Below, piece after piece: positions 1 through 12,228 of a stretch of 64,000 nucleotides of DNA. Made by a program: the position numbers and the translations under genes. Each line of letters begins with the position of its first letter. The stretch's first letter is position 1. The stretch is from contig NC_058134.1 of NCBI RefSeq assembly GCF_016433145.1, forward strand, positions 183,257,094-183,321,093, read 5' to 3'. The DNA comes from Gracilinanus agilis. Lineage: Eukaryota. The notes below the pieces were generated by a model that saw only the letters and a list, made by a program, of their open reading frames with translations, was not told the origin of the DNA and made no database searches.

Positions 1-3000
1 TATTTCCACAAAATGAAGCATTTTGCAGTATTATCATTAAAACCTAACCATATTCCACATTAGTGCCCTCAGCCCTACTCTAATGACATTATACTAATTT
101 TTGGAGATCAGTCCAGCTTACACTTAACCATAGCTATCCTGTCAGTTCATCTTAGCTTTCTCCAAGTGACTTTTGTCCTTCCTTTTATAACAAGTAGAAC
201 TCAATGTTCCCTCCCCTGATGGACCAGTAATGCTTTATCTTCTCTCTGCTTAACCCTGTTCCTATAGAACTAGTGACTCTCTGCTAATGTTGTTTCTCTT
301 AATGTTTCATAGAACTAATTACTTTTGGGAGGCATGATTTGTATTTTAGTATAAATAACATAATATAAGGTCATGTCAAAAAAGTGTTCATATGGATATT
401 TATATACTTGTAGATTAAAGTATTAACCTTTTTTGTTTTATCATTTACCATTTTTGTTAGCATGTTCATTTATACTAATTTTCAGTAATTATCACAATGT
501 CATGGTAGAGCATTAAGACTGTAAAGCTTTTGGGGTGTTTATGTGTTTACATGTGTAGACCAAATCTGTGAATGAGTTGATTGGAATAGATAACTTTCTA
601 TGGGAAGATTCCCTCTACTAATGCAGATTGGAATCTTTTCTACTACATAGGGGCACTTGCCCAGGGTCATCAGGGAGCCACCATGTGCCAGAGGTGAGAC
701 TTTAATCCAGGTCTTCCTGATTCTGTGGTCAGTTTTCTATCCATTGGCTATGCTGCTTCCCACAATACTACATATTTCTCCTTTACAGTAATGTGATCAT
801 ATGCAAGAAGATACTATACTTGCTAATTTTGTCAACACCAGTTAAAGAAAGAAATGCTAATTTCACACATTGTTTACTCTTTGCAAATATACATTAATGC
901 CATTTAAATACTAATAAACCAAGTCTTAACAAAGAAGTACTTTTTTTTTTCTCAGCCACTTAGAATTGATGGGGAAAAAGTCAAACAGATAATTTGCTTT
1001 CTGATAAAAGTGTTCCACATTATTGGTTTAATATATAACTCCTGCCTTTTAATTTTCATAGAACTGTATGTTCCATTTTTAGAACTGCACAGTCCTCATG
1101 AGCTACTTTCTCTAACTCTATATGAGAGAGCTAAAAGTCTGAAAAGACTTTAGGTTTTAATTGACCACATAAATATAACAAGTGACAAGGGGTATGTGTA
1201 TACCATGAGCATCTGCAGTTATATCTACGTGGCTTTGTAGAAAGATTTTCTTTGGTAAAATGAAAGGTTTTCCTTACACTGCCAATTTCTGAAGTTTGAC
1301 CACTACATTTCTCAAAGAGTTATACTTTGGTTTTTCTGTTTTGGTAATCTATGCATCTTATTGTCTGTCCCTTGCTCTCTGTTTCCAGTGCTTTTAGAGA
1401 AAGTCTTATACTTGTACTTTCTCTCATCCCCACAGAGTGTGTGTTTGATATTTTTAATATAACATCTTTGGGATGAAATCTGTTATCATGGAACTATCTT
1501 AATATCTCTTCTGTTCTATCCTTAGAGGCAAGGGGTCCCCATGCCCACGAGTCTTCAGGCAGAGACTTGATAACTATTTGGTAGTCCTGTAGGAATACCT
1601 TAAATAACTAAACCAGTTATTGGGTACTGAGGAACTTCCTGGTATATAAGTGGGTCAGTCAGTGGTCAAACATGAATCATTTCTGTCAATCAGAACTCTG
1701 CAATAGGCCAGTCTTCACAATTTAAGGTCAGTTGTTTTGACTTTATGGAATCAATGTTTTTCTACTTTTTGTCTTCTATTGTGACAAATTTCCTTCCACT
1801 TAAATATTTTTTTTAGTATAAATTTTTCTCAGAGACCCTACTATTTTGCAAGAAGCAGGATAGAAAACATTGTTTGAGATCAAGAGTCTTGGGTTAAAAT
1901 CCTGGTTCTGCCATCTATTACTTGAGTGGCCTTGGTCAATTTGCTTAACTTCTCTGGACTCTAGTTTCCTCATGTGTAAAATGAGGGACTTGGATTAGAT
2001 GGCCTCTAAGGTCCTGTCTAATTCATATGGTTTTTTTTTTAATCTATTCCAAATTGCTCTCATGTTTGTCTTTTTAAACTTCTTTGAGAACTCTGATTTC
2101 CAAAATAATTTTAATTCTATTTTCACTTCTTTTCATTACTTTACTTCTCTTCTAAATTATTCGGGAATTTGTGTATACATGTGTGCAAATCTTTTTTTCA
2201 ATTGCATTGTTCAATTATTTCTAATAATTCTACAGAATTTATTATATTCTGTCACTGGAAATTTTCAATCCACTATCCTCTCTAAAATATTTATTCATAA
2301 TATTGTCTACTTTTCTGTTGTTTATTTTTCTTTCCTCATGAATCTTACTGTTGGTTTATATGAGTGATTTCTTGGCTCATATCCAACTGTTTTTCCCTCT
2401 CAGCTTTTTTGTCATCTACTCCTTCCCTTCTGAACCAGAAAGTGGAACCTTCCCATATCCACTGTTACCTGTTCTATCCTGTTCAGACAACTGGAACTGG
2501 ACTACTTTACCCATGTTATAGAGTGGGAGTTGCAGTTTGGCTGGATCTATGCTGAACAGGAATTCCAGGAGGAGACGACTTCAACTGTATTCATATTTTC
2601 CTCTCCCCTTTCTCTTATTAGGGAAATCCTTTACCTTCTGTACTAGTCAGGTGTACAATGTTATATCCTTATTGCATCCACAGCTATTAACTTCTTCATC
2701 AACTGGACAAGTTAAATACTCTCCCTTCTTAAGTTGGGGTGAGGAATATTAGACTGGGTTACTGCCAAGAGAAGGCTTTGAGGCAACAATAGATGCCAAC
2801 ATAGCTAAAGCTTGGAATGTAGGCCTAATCATACTAGAAGTAGGGCATATTAGATGCTCCTGAGGGCAATGGACCCATAATGCAGACTTCTGTTGTCATT
2901 TTCAGAGGTCTTTACCTCAGTGAGAAGTAAGACAAGAGGTTAAGTTACTTGTCCTGGCTCACACACTAATCTGGGTCAGAGTCAGTATTTAAACCAAAGT

Positions 3001-4113
3001 TTTTTCTGAATTCTATTTGAATTGAACTGTTTCAATATTCACTTCTTTTTCTTACTATTATAATTTTGAAGTATTATAAATATAATATATTATATACTAT
3101 GAAATATATTATATAAGATATAACAACACAATAGTAAATCAAATATTATAACTGTAATATTTTGAGTACTCATTTTCTTTCCTTATTATTATAATTTTGA
3201 AGTACATATTCATGTATTGTTGTTTTGAGGTTGTGGACATGACTGAGATGCAATCACTCATTCTGCTATTTTTGCTAAACCCATTTTCTTGTCTTTTTTT
3301 TTTTTTTAGTATGAATAGAACCTTTATATCTGTAGACTGTTGTAATCTATTTTGGAAAAAGTCATATGTGCTAGTTTTTGTTAAAAACTGGTTCTGCTCT
3401 ATACCTAAAGGTTTTAACAAGGGTTCTTTATGAAATTCTTACATTGCATTGCCTAATACGAATTTCCTTGAAGGCTTTAAATAAACATTACTATTAGTAA
3501 CATTTTAATTTCTTGTGCTACATGGAAGTAAGTACTTCTTTTATCCTTACATGTATATTAAAATATAACAGACTTTTCAACTCTCACTTATAACTGTCTC
3601 CTAAGGTCTTCTGGCCTGTTACATAAAGGAATACTATTACTGAAAAAGAAAGATCAAAGGAATACTTTATAGGATCAGTATGGTAGGATATCTCTTCCTA
3701 TTCTATTTCAAGATTCATGCCCTTTGACTTCATTTAGGGTTTGGACATCATCAAATAATGTCCAACAACTACTGGAAAAACTTATCAGGATAGTTAATTG
3801 CTTCATCCAATCACAGAATATTAGATAGACTAGTCCAAAAGGGTTATTGTTTTAGAAAGTTATACTGATATAGTTGAGCAGACTTCTGCTTGAATACACA
3901 TTACTATAAAAAATATAAAAAATGTGTGTCACGTATTTGTATTGTATATAGTTTATAATATAAATACACGTATAATCTAACATCATATAATATCATATAT
4001 GACTATCATAACAGAAACACAGGAAAATCAGATTTGCAATCATCAACACAATACATCCTTGGCAAATAAGCAGGAAACATTTTTTTAAATTTTTGATTCC
4101 TAAAATTATTTTT

Positions 4114-4309
4114 TTAAATTATTTTTTATTTTAAACCCTTAACTTCTATGTATTGACTTATAGGTGGAAGAGTGGTAAGGGTAGGCAATGGGGGTCAAGT
4201 GACTTGCCCAGGGTCACACAGCTGGGAAGTGTCTGAGGCCAGATTTGAATCTAGGACCTCCCGTCTCTAGGCCTGGCTCTCAATCCACTGAGCTACCAAG
4301 CTGTCCCCC
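4114..4309 (-). mobile_element. Young tRNA-derived CORE-SINE (SINE1_Mdo-like), full length
   Basis: Recognisable head and tail; 15-bp TSD CCTAAAATTATTTTT at 4099-4113 and 4308-4322. Confidence 0.92.
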
Positions 4310-4619
4310 TAAAATTATTTTTAAAAAATCTACATGACATACTTTGATCTATTTCATTAGTAGTTATGAGGAAAATTATTTAAAGTTTACAAAATCCTAT
4401 GTAAATGTGAATTACAATTGGAATTATTAGTAATAATAGAACAAATAAATTAGGACAAAAACTAAAAATAAATTACTTAATACTGATCTATAAAACCTGT
4501 TTTTAGAAAGGATTAATTCTATCACATTTATGCAGAATGGAATTTTTTTCTTCTTATTTCTATCATTATAAAGCTCTCTACATAATATGTGGACAATTTG
4601 ATATATTTAGTGATTTTAT

Positions 4620-5400
4620 ACAGTCAGTCAATAACCATTTATTAAGGCTCTATGATGAGCCTGACACTGTGCTAAGTGCTGGGAATACAAAGATGCTCTA
4701 TTCATTGGCCCACCTAACTGCTCTAGAAACAGATTTAAAGAAGTCGAGTGGCACCTAGTATGTATCAGGTGTAAAATTTGAACCCATCTGTTTCAAATTC
4801 TTAAATGCAGGACTCTATCAGCTCTACTACTGTGCTTCTCCATAAGAATGGGGTGGCAATGTCCAAAGGAAAAGGCCAGACCCTGCCCTAAATTAGCTAA
4901 TAGAGAAGACAACATGTAGATAATGTGGGATCCATACAATAATTAACAGTGGGAAGGTACTTAAATTAAAGGGGATCAGGCAAGGCTTCTTGTAGAAGGT
5001 AGAGTTTTTAGCTGGGGCTTTAAAAAGCCAAAAGCAGAGGAGAGGAGGGACAGATGGGATGGATGGGGAATAGTCAGTGAAAATGCCTGGAACTATGAGA
5101 AAGTCTTATACAAAGAACACGAAAGTGGCCAGGGTCACTGAATCAAAGGAGGAGGGAGTAAATATCAAGAAGTCTAAAAAGGTGGGGAGAGGGCAGGTTA
5201 TGAAGGTCTTTAAACATCCTACAGAGAACTATATGTATATATTTGATCTAGGAGGTGGTAGGGAGCCATTGGAATTTTTTGAGTAGGGGACAAGAGTGAC
5301 ATGATCAGACTTGCACTTCAAGAAAGTCATTTTGACAGCCGAATGGAGGGTGGATTGGAGTGGGGGCTCAGAGACTTTTACCAGATCATTGCAATATTCC
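4620..5400 (-). mobile_element. L2 LINE 3' fragment, interrupted at 4696-4867
   Basis: Typical L2 end: cagtcaataaccatttattaag...gtgctgggaatacaaag...ccctgccct. Confidence 0.7.
4696..4867 (+). repeat. Diverged direct copy of 6260-6428
   Basis: Shares AAACAGATTTAAAGAAGT...GGACTCTATCA...GGGGTGGCAA(A)TGTCCAAA, including non-SINE flank. Confidence 0.9.
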
Positions 5401-5907
5401 ATACACAGACAAACTATAGTTCTTTTTCAACTCTCTGTTTTCCTCCTAAAACTACTAATCAATTTTTGCTCTTCAGTGAGTATTGAAACAGAGGTAGTAT
5501 ACCAGAGTGGATAGAAATCAGGAAAGCCTTTGGTCCAAATCCTGGCTCAATTCCAGGATAGCTGTATGAGCCAGGACAAATCACTCAATCTCTTGCTTCA
5601 ATTTCTGCACATATAAAAATGAGGATAATAGCACCTATCTTACAGGGTTGTTTTTAGGATCAAATGAAATATTTGTAAAGCAATTTTCAAACTTAAGAAA
5701 CTATGTAAATGCTAGCTGCTGTTATTATCAACAAGGGGCTGTTATCCTGAGGAGATAAGGAATAGGAGAAAGAATAACAGAGTCTTGTAGGGAAGGGATA
5801 GCAAGGATCATAAGGTACAATTTAGATCTAGAAGCAATCATAGAGATTAAGTAAATTGCCCCCTCATTTTTCAGGCAAGGAAACATAATTTTTCAAAAAA
5901 AATTCTT

Positions 5908-6100
5908 GGGGGCAGCTGGGTGGCTCAATGGATTGAGAGCCAGGCCTAGAGATGGGAGGTCCTAAGTTCAAATCTGGTCTCAGACACTTCCTAGCTGTGT
6001 GACCCTGGGCAAGTCACTTGACCCCCACTGCCTAGCCCCTTTTTTAATTGATTGGAAGGTAAGGGTTTAAAAAATAAACAAATAAATAAATAAATAAAAA
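5908..6100 (+). mobile_element. SINE1_Mdo-like SINE with (AAAT)n tail
   Basis: Head ggggcagctgggtggctca, CORE domain, tail gaaggtaagggtttaaaa. Confidence 0.9.
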
Positions 6101-6107
6101 TAAATTC

Positions 6108-6288
6108 TTACCTTTTCTCTTATAATTGATATTACCAATTCCAAGGCAGAAGAATGATAAAAGATAGGGAATTAGGGTCAAGTGACTTGCCCAGGGCTAC
6201 ACAGGTAGGAAGTGATTGAGGTGAGATTTGAACCCAAGACCTCTGGTATCCAGGCCTGGCTCTATCCATTGAGCCACCTAGCTACTCC
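6108..6288 (-). mobile_element. SINE1_Mdo-like SINE, tail-to-tail with 5908-6100
   Basis: Reverse-complement match to the same family. Confidence 0.85.
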
Positions 6289-9200
6289 AAAAACAGATTT
6301 AAAGAAGTTGAGTGGCAACTAGTATGTATCATATGTAAAATTTGAACCTGTTTCAAACTCTTAAATATAGGACTCTATCAACTCTACTATTGTGCCTCTC
6401 CAGAAGAAAGGGGTGGCAAATGTCCAAATTCATGGAGCTGACCAGAAGTGAAGCAGGACTATATATGGGCAGAAATACAAAGGGGGCAATGAAGTTGCTA
6501 GAAGACCTGCCAAGACATGATATTTTTAATCCATTTTTCAGGTAGGAAGATGGATTAAGGGTAATTTTCTCTCCAGAATATACTGGGGAAGGGAAAAGTG
6601 GATCAGCACTTATTTGGGGGAATGGTTGCTAGGAAAGTTTCTAATAGTTTTCATTTCCTTCTTTGTTCCAATTAACTATCTTTAATGATCCTATGCTAGG
6701 GTCTCTCTGTATTTTTTTTTTTTGTTAGTATGGTTATATCTGAATTTCTAGATCCCAGCTGATTTCAGATGTTTCTACTTCCATAATTAGCATATATTTC
6801 TTATTATATTATCATTCATCTGTTTAATATGGGTGGAATCTAGCATAACTAGAGTAACTTGCAAGCCCCTTGAATTCAGTGCCTTGTATGTCCTTGTTAC
6901 TTTCTGGGTCTAGTTCATTTTGTTTCATATAGAATCTTGATATTTATTAATAATTATCAACTGAGCATTATAAGAATGTTCTGGCAGTATGTTGGGTATA
7001 TTGGGAAATGGAAAATTTGAACACTGCTATAGCAATCTAGGGATAATGGCAAGGACTTGAACTAAGGTAAGACAGTTAAAGTGTAGAGGAAGGAATGATA
7101 GGAAAACATTTTGAGATTTGATGACCTGGATGTGGGAGATGAGGTAAAAATAACTGAGTTTTTTTCTATTCCTAGAATGCTCTTATTTCCTTTAAAATGT
7201 TTGTTTTTATAAATATATAAGTAGGTATATTTATATTAAACAAAAATATAATTATATATACATATATATATATATAGTTTTTATATAACTCACTAATATC
7301 TCACCAAGAGACATTTCTTGGGAACTCTGGGAACATATTAAACACCTTTTTCCTTCACTTAAAAATATTTTTAAAATAAATATTTCTTTAGTCTGAAGTC
7401 CTTTTCAGAACTTTCCCTTTAGGGAAGTGTGGGAAAAGTTAAGATCCCAGGAATATGAATTTAACCTGGTCCCCATACTTAGAATAAAAAGTAGTTAAGA
7501 TCATTGCCTTCCCATTTCTGGAAGAGAAAGACTGTGACTCCCCTTAGGGTATAGCCGTCCACATTCATAATGACATTTATTAAGCTATTATTATGTGCTA
7601 GGAATACAAATACAAGCAGAAAAATTGGCCCTCTCCTCAAAGACCTAGCATTGGAAGGGGATACATAAGAAGGAAGCTGAAAATAGTTGGTGAGGGCAGA
7701 AAGAAGAGATGAAGGTACTTGGCTAGTGGGGTGGGTTGACAACAGGTCCTGGAAGAGAAAGTCAGGGATAGTACAGAGTACATTCTGGAGAAGAAAGAAG
7801 GTTTGACTGGCTTGGTTACCCTCTTTAAAATTGTAGGTTCTGCAGGAATGAGGCAATTAGCAAGAGAGGCAGTAGGGGAGGAGGGTAGTTCCAGACTGAA
7901 GTCCAGGACATAGTGAGTTTTCAGGTTGAAGAAGTTTCTGGAGCTTTGAAGAGAAAATCTGGGATCCTGGGGAGTGTGGCTAGGGAGGAATTAGGGTTAG
8001 GGAAAAAGGGCTAAGGTACAGACACCCAAGTCTTTCCATTTCTAGTGCAAAGCAGGGGGAGTTGTCAAAAGAGGAACTGAGTGCCCTCAGGAGAAGTTTT
8101 TAGTGACTAGTTCTATTCGACTGAGTAGAATGTTAACTCAAAACTGAATTAATTCTTATGAATGCTACTTCAAATTCTCTTAGGGTAGAGAGGTGTGATG
8201 TGATGTGTGTGTTGTCTGTATGTGCACAATTCTTTTTTGACAGTTCTACAACATATAGAAGCTTGGATTTAGAATAAGATTAAATTAATAAAATTATTTC
8301 TGAAAGACATCCTGAAAACATATAGTATTGTCTTTTTTTCCAACATAATAAAAAACAAGAGTCTAGTAACATGGAGCAATATTAAGAAAGTCTTCCATCA
8401 TATTCAATGTACCACACCAGTAATTTCTAATGCAAAGGAACAGAGATATCTTGTCATATATCTTTTTTTCATATCTCATATCTATCTTCTTGGTCATTAT
8501 GCTTTTACAGTATTCAGTTGGGGATTGTTCTGTTCTTGTTTTTTTCTCCCATTTACATTGTGACAAGCTTCTTCAATTAGTTATATGTGTTCCCATGCTC
8601 CTCTGTACTCATCTTCAAATTTTCTTATATAGTCATATTTCATTACATGAATATGCCACAACTTATTTAGCTATCACCCAAATAGTAGATGTTTACTTTG
8701 TTTCAAAGTTTTTTGCTACTACAAAATGTGCTTCCATAAATAATATGGAATATGGTGGCCTTTTTTCATTTTTCCCCCCATTGACTCTACTATCCAGTGA
8801 CCAATTTAAAAAGCAGCTCAAATCCCATTTCTTTAAGGAAGCTTTCCAGATTCCCCATCCACCCAGTAAACAATAATTCATCTCCTTTGGAGCTCAAATT
8901 AGCACTTTGTTTTCAACTCTTAATGCATGTAATATTGATTTAAAATACATATAACCCTAGGAGATATTTGTTATTATTATTATCCCCATTTTACAGATGA
9001 GGAAAGCAAGTTAGGAAAAGGATGTTAAGTGAATTGACCAGAGTCTCTCAGCCAGTATTAATTTGTATCCACTGTGCCACCTCACTGGTAAAAACAATAC
9101 CTAGCGTGAGATGTGGCTTTAGGTAGGATTAGAACTCTTGAAGGAAATAAGGATTTTAAGAGGCAGAGATGAGGCTAGAATGCATTCCAAATCTGGGAGA

Positions 9201-9479
9201 TAGCCTTCTGAGAGTCAATGAAGTATAACCCAAGAAGGTCTGGGGTCAAATGTCCTTTTTGCACCCACTGGCTGTGTGACTTTGTACAAATCACAACCTT
9301 CCAGTGCTCCAAGCAACTCTCAGTAAGGTTCTTAACTTCTTCTCCTCCCCACACCCCACTTTGTCAGTCCGTTGAAATTAAAGACTTCATTGAGCATTCC
9401 AGAAACAATTTCAAAAAACTTAAGATGAAAAATGCTATTCCATTTACAAAGAGAAAACGATGAAGTTTGAATGAAATTT

Positions 9480-9705
9480 GAAGAATACTTTAAAATTTTT
9501 ATTATTGCTGGTCTGCATTTTCTTTTGTAACATAGCTAATATGAAAATGTTTTGCATAACTGCACATGTATAATTTAAATCAAATTGCTTACCTTCTGAA
9601 GGAGGGAGTGAGGAAAGAAAAGGTGAGAATTTGGAACTCTAAATTTTAAAAAAACGAATGCTAAGATTTGCTTATATGTATTTGTGTAAAATAAAAAGTA
9701 AATGT
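9480..9705 (+). mobile_element. Marsupial L1 3' UTR fragment
   Basis: ttttgcataactgcacatgtataa...tcaaattgcttacc...gaatttggaactc followed by an A-rich tail. Confidence 0.65.
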
Positions 9706-10179
9706 AAAAAAGGCATGAAATGAAACAGTTTTACAAAGGGAACTCATATTGGAATAGTTATTTTTTTAAAAGTTCAGACCCCAGCTCCATGATTACAGAC
9801 TGCATTGCAAGTGCTGACCTACCTTTGTGAAGGAGGAGTTACTCATTGTTTCTCTAGTCTATATCAATGAAATAGAGGTAGGAAAATAAAAGAGGTACAG
9901 GTAGGAGATGGCATATGGGGTTCAGAGAATAGAAAGTCCGCCAGTTAGCAGAAGAGGAGAGCAGAGCTAGCCTATGAAAGGCTTTCAGTGCCGGGAGAGA
10001 AGATGTAGAAGCATAAGTTGTTTCCCCAGTGGTTGATGGAAAGAACCCGTGGAAATATGGACATGAACTGTTGAAGATGTGCTCTGGGCATCTGGGCCTG
10101 CAGTCTGCGGCACTAGATGCAGAGGCAGAACAAGGGAGATTCTCCAGCTCTCAGAGTGCCAGAGGAGAGACTCGAAGGT

Positions 10180-11340
10180 GTGGCGGCTCTCCGTGGATGG
10201 GTGTGTGGGAGGGGGACGAGTGTCCACGACCAGGGACAAGGTGAGTGGCTGGAGGGTCGCGTGGGCGGGAGTGCGGTCGGGAGGGTGGAAGAGGATTGGC
10301 CAGTTGGCAGCCTCTGTGTGTATGTGGATGGCTGGGGGGGTTGGGAGGGCGGGGCGCTTGTCCCTTAGGCTGGGCGGGGAGCAAGCGAACGCTCTAGCCT
10401 CTCCTCCTCCGGCCTGGCTCCGCCTGCACGTGAGGTGCGCCGCCTGCACGAGCTCTCTTCCTCCTTCTCCTCTGTGCTCTTCGGGCTCGCCTCTTGCCTG
10501 GTTCCCTCCCTCTTTCTCTCTCTTCCCGCATCGCTCTGGCGGTTCCCTCCTCTCTCTCGCCCGCCCGAAAAGAAGTCGAGCGCGGAGCGCATCGATAACT
10601 CGGCCCTTCGCGGCTCCCATCCATTCGCTCGGGGCTCGACTAACCCAGGAGGCTGTGGCGGCGGCGGCGGCAGCGGCAGAGGCGGCGGCAGAGGCGGCAG
10701 CAGCAGCGGTGGCTGCGCCTCGGGCTCGGGCTCCTTCGGCGCTCCCCGGCCCCCGCCATTGCAGAGTGGGCTTGAGAGTGGCGCTAACGCAGGCGGCCGT
10801 GCGGGCCCGAGACTCAGCGTCTCTCCGGCGCGGAAGAGAGGTAAGGGCCCCGTTGCCCTCCTTCCTGAGTCCCTGCCCGGGGTCCGACCTTTCCTCGCCG
10901 GCGCCGGGTTGGGCGGGGCGGACGGAGAGTGAATGAATTAGGGGTCTTAGCGGAGGTGGGGAGCCCCGGTGGGGTGGGAGAGATGGAACCAAGGTGGGGA
11001 AGAACCATAGGGGGTGCAGGGAGAGGCTGCCGCTGCTTCCTGAACGGGAATCCCCTTCCTTCTTTCCTTTCTTTCTTCCTTCCTCCCTCCCTCCCCGGAG
11101 AGCCGGCCCGGGCTCCAGGCGAGCTGAAACTCGGCCGCCCCGAGGGCGGGTCCGGGCGTGGTGAAGGTTGCGCCCGGGTCTGCCTGTCGGTGGGTCGGTG
11201 CACTCCCTCCTGGACGGCTCCCCGCCTTCTCTGCCGAGCTCTGGGTGCCTGGCGCTGTCCTCCCGGCCGCCCTTAGCATCTCCCCGGGTGAGCGAGAAAC
11301 TTCGTTTGCTGCTGTTGTGAAGTGGTCGTTTTCCTTGTGA
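10180..11340. promoter_or_regulatory. KRAS: KRAS CpG-island promoter extending into intron 1
   Basis: CpG- and GC-dense block in AT-rich DNA. GC boxes GGGCGG at 10263, 10347 and 10372; E-box CACGTG at 10427-10432; polypyrimidine tract 10445-10560. The block GAAAAGAAGTCGAGCGCGGAGCGCATCGATAACTC (10567-10601) resembles the human KRAS core promoter. Confidence 0.93.
10640..10840 (+). other. KRAS: KRAS non-coding exon 1 (5' UTR); start approximate
   Basis: GGC-rich sequence including CTCCCCGGCCCCCGCCATT and ending GAAGAGAG|gtaagg at 10840/10841, like human GAGAGAG|gtacgg. No ATG in the exon. Confidence 0.88.
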
Positions 11341-11345
11341 ACAAA

Positions 11346-11348
<3 letters not shown>

Positions 11349-11410
<62 letters not shown>
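11349..11410. repeat. (GT)31 microsatellite
   Basis: Perfect 62-bp dinucleotide run. Confidence 0.99.
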
Positions 11411-11411
<1 letters not shown>

Positions 11412-12228
11412 GGCTGGGGTTGGGGGGTTGTTGTTCCCCAAGAGAATTAAGAGTAAGTCAAAGACCCCTGTTTGAGGTTACGTTGTGGAGAGTCTAGCTG
11501 CAACCTCCGAGTTCTAAACTAGCTCCCTGGTATGTGACATTTTGTAGCCTTGGTAAGTGGCAGCAGCAAGCATTAGGTGTGCGGAATGGAACCTTGAATG
11601 AGTTGTAAACGGAAAATGGTTATTTCAGAGAATTTTGCTGAGTCAAGTTTATTGTTAAGCAAGAGGGGGGGAAAATCACCCACAAACTAAAAAGTGGTTC
11701 TCTCTACTGAAGAATGAATAACATATTCACCATCCTAGAAGTTACTACAGTAATACCATGTTGTAACAGAACTCCCAACATCTAGCAATAATGACCAGCA
11801 ATGAGGACTTAGTTGTGGCTGCCAAAACAACCTACTGCAGCCTTTTAATCAGGTGTATGCATGCATATGTTATGGTTAAAGCTCCAGACTGTCTAAGGCT
11901 TACTTATGCAAAAATAAGCTTGGGAATTGGAGAGGGAGAAATGACTATTAATATCTAGTCTTAACATTACTATTGATTGATGTCTACATTGATGAACTAT
12001 GCTTCAGAATGAAAGACTTTATTTAATGTAGTTAATGACAACAAGGCAATGTATGGAGCTTACACTCAAACATATTCTATTTTAAACAACTGACATAAAA
12101 ATTTGTATTTGCAGAAAAGAGGTAAATTAAGAGTATTCTTACCTTAAATTGTTAGGTTTCTTTTCTTGACAGTGCTACTGTTGCTTAACTTTTTTCTAAT
12201 TTAGTTTTCTCAACAGTGATGAGCTTGG

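Noticed and set aside
1999-2367. 122-aa hydrophobic ORF
   Set aside because: Phe/Leu/Ile-rich translation of T-rich decayed repeat sequence, starting inside a MIR-type SINE.
9985-10992. 335-aa minus-strand ORF and other long overlapping ORFs across the KRAS promoter
   Set aside because: GC-rich CpG islands lack stop codons. The products are low-complexity (poly-Ala from GGC repeats) with no recognisable domain.
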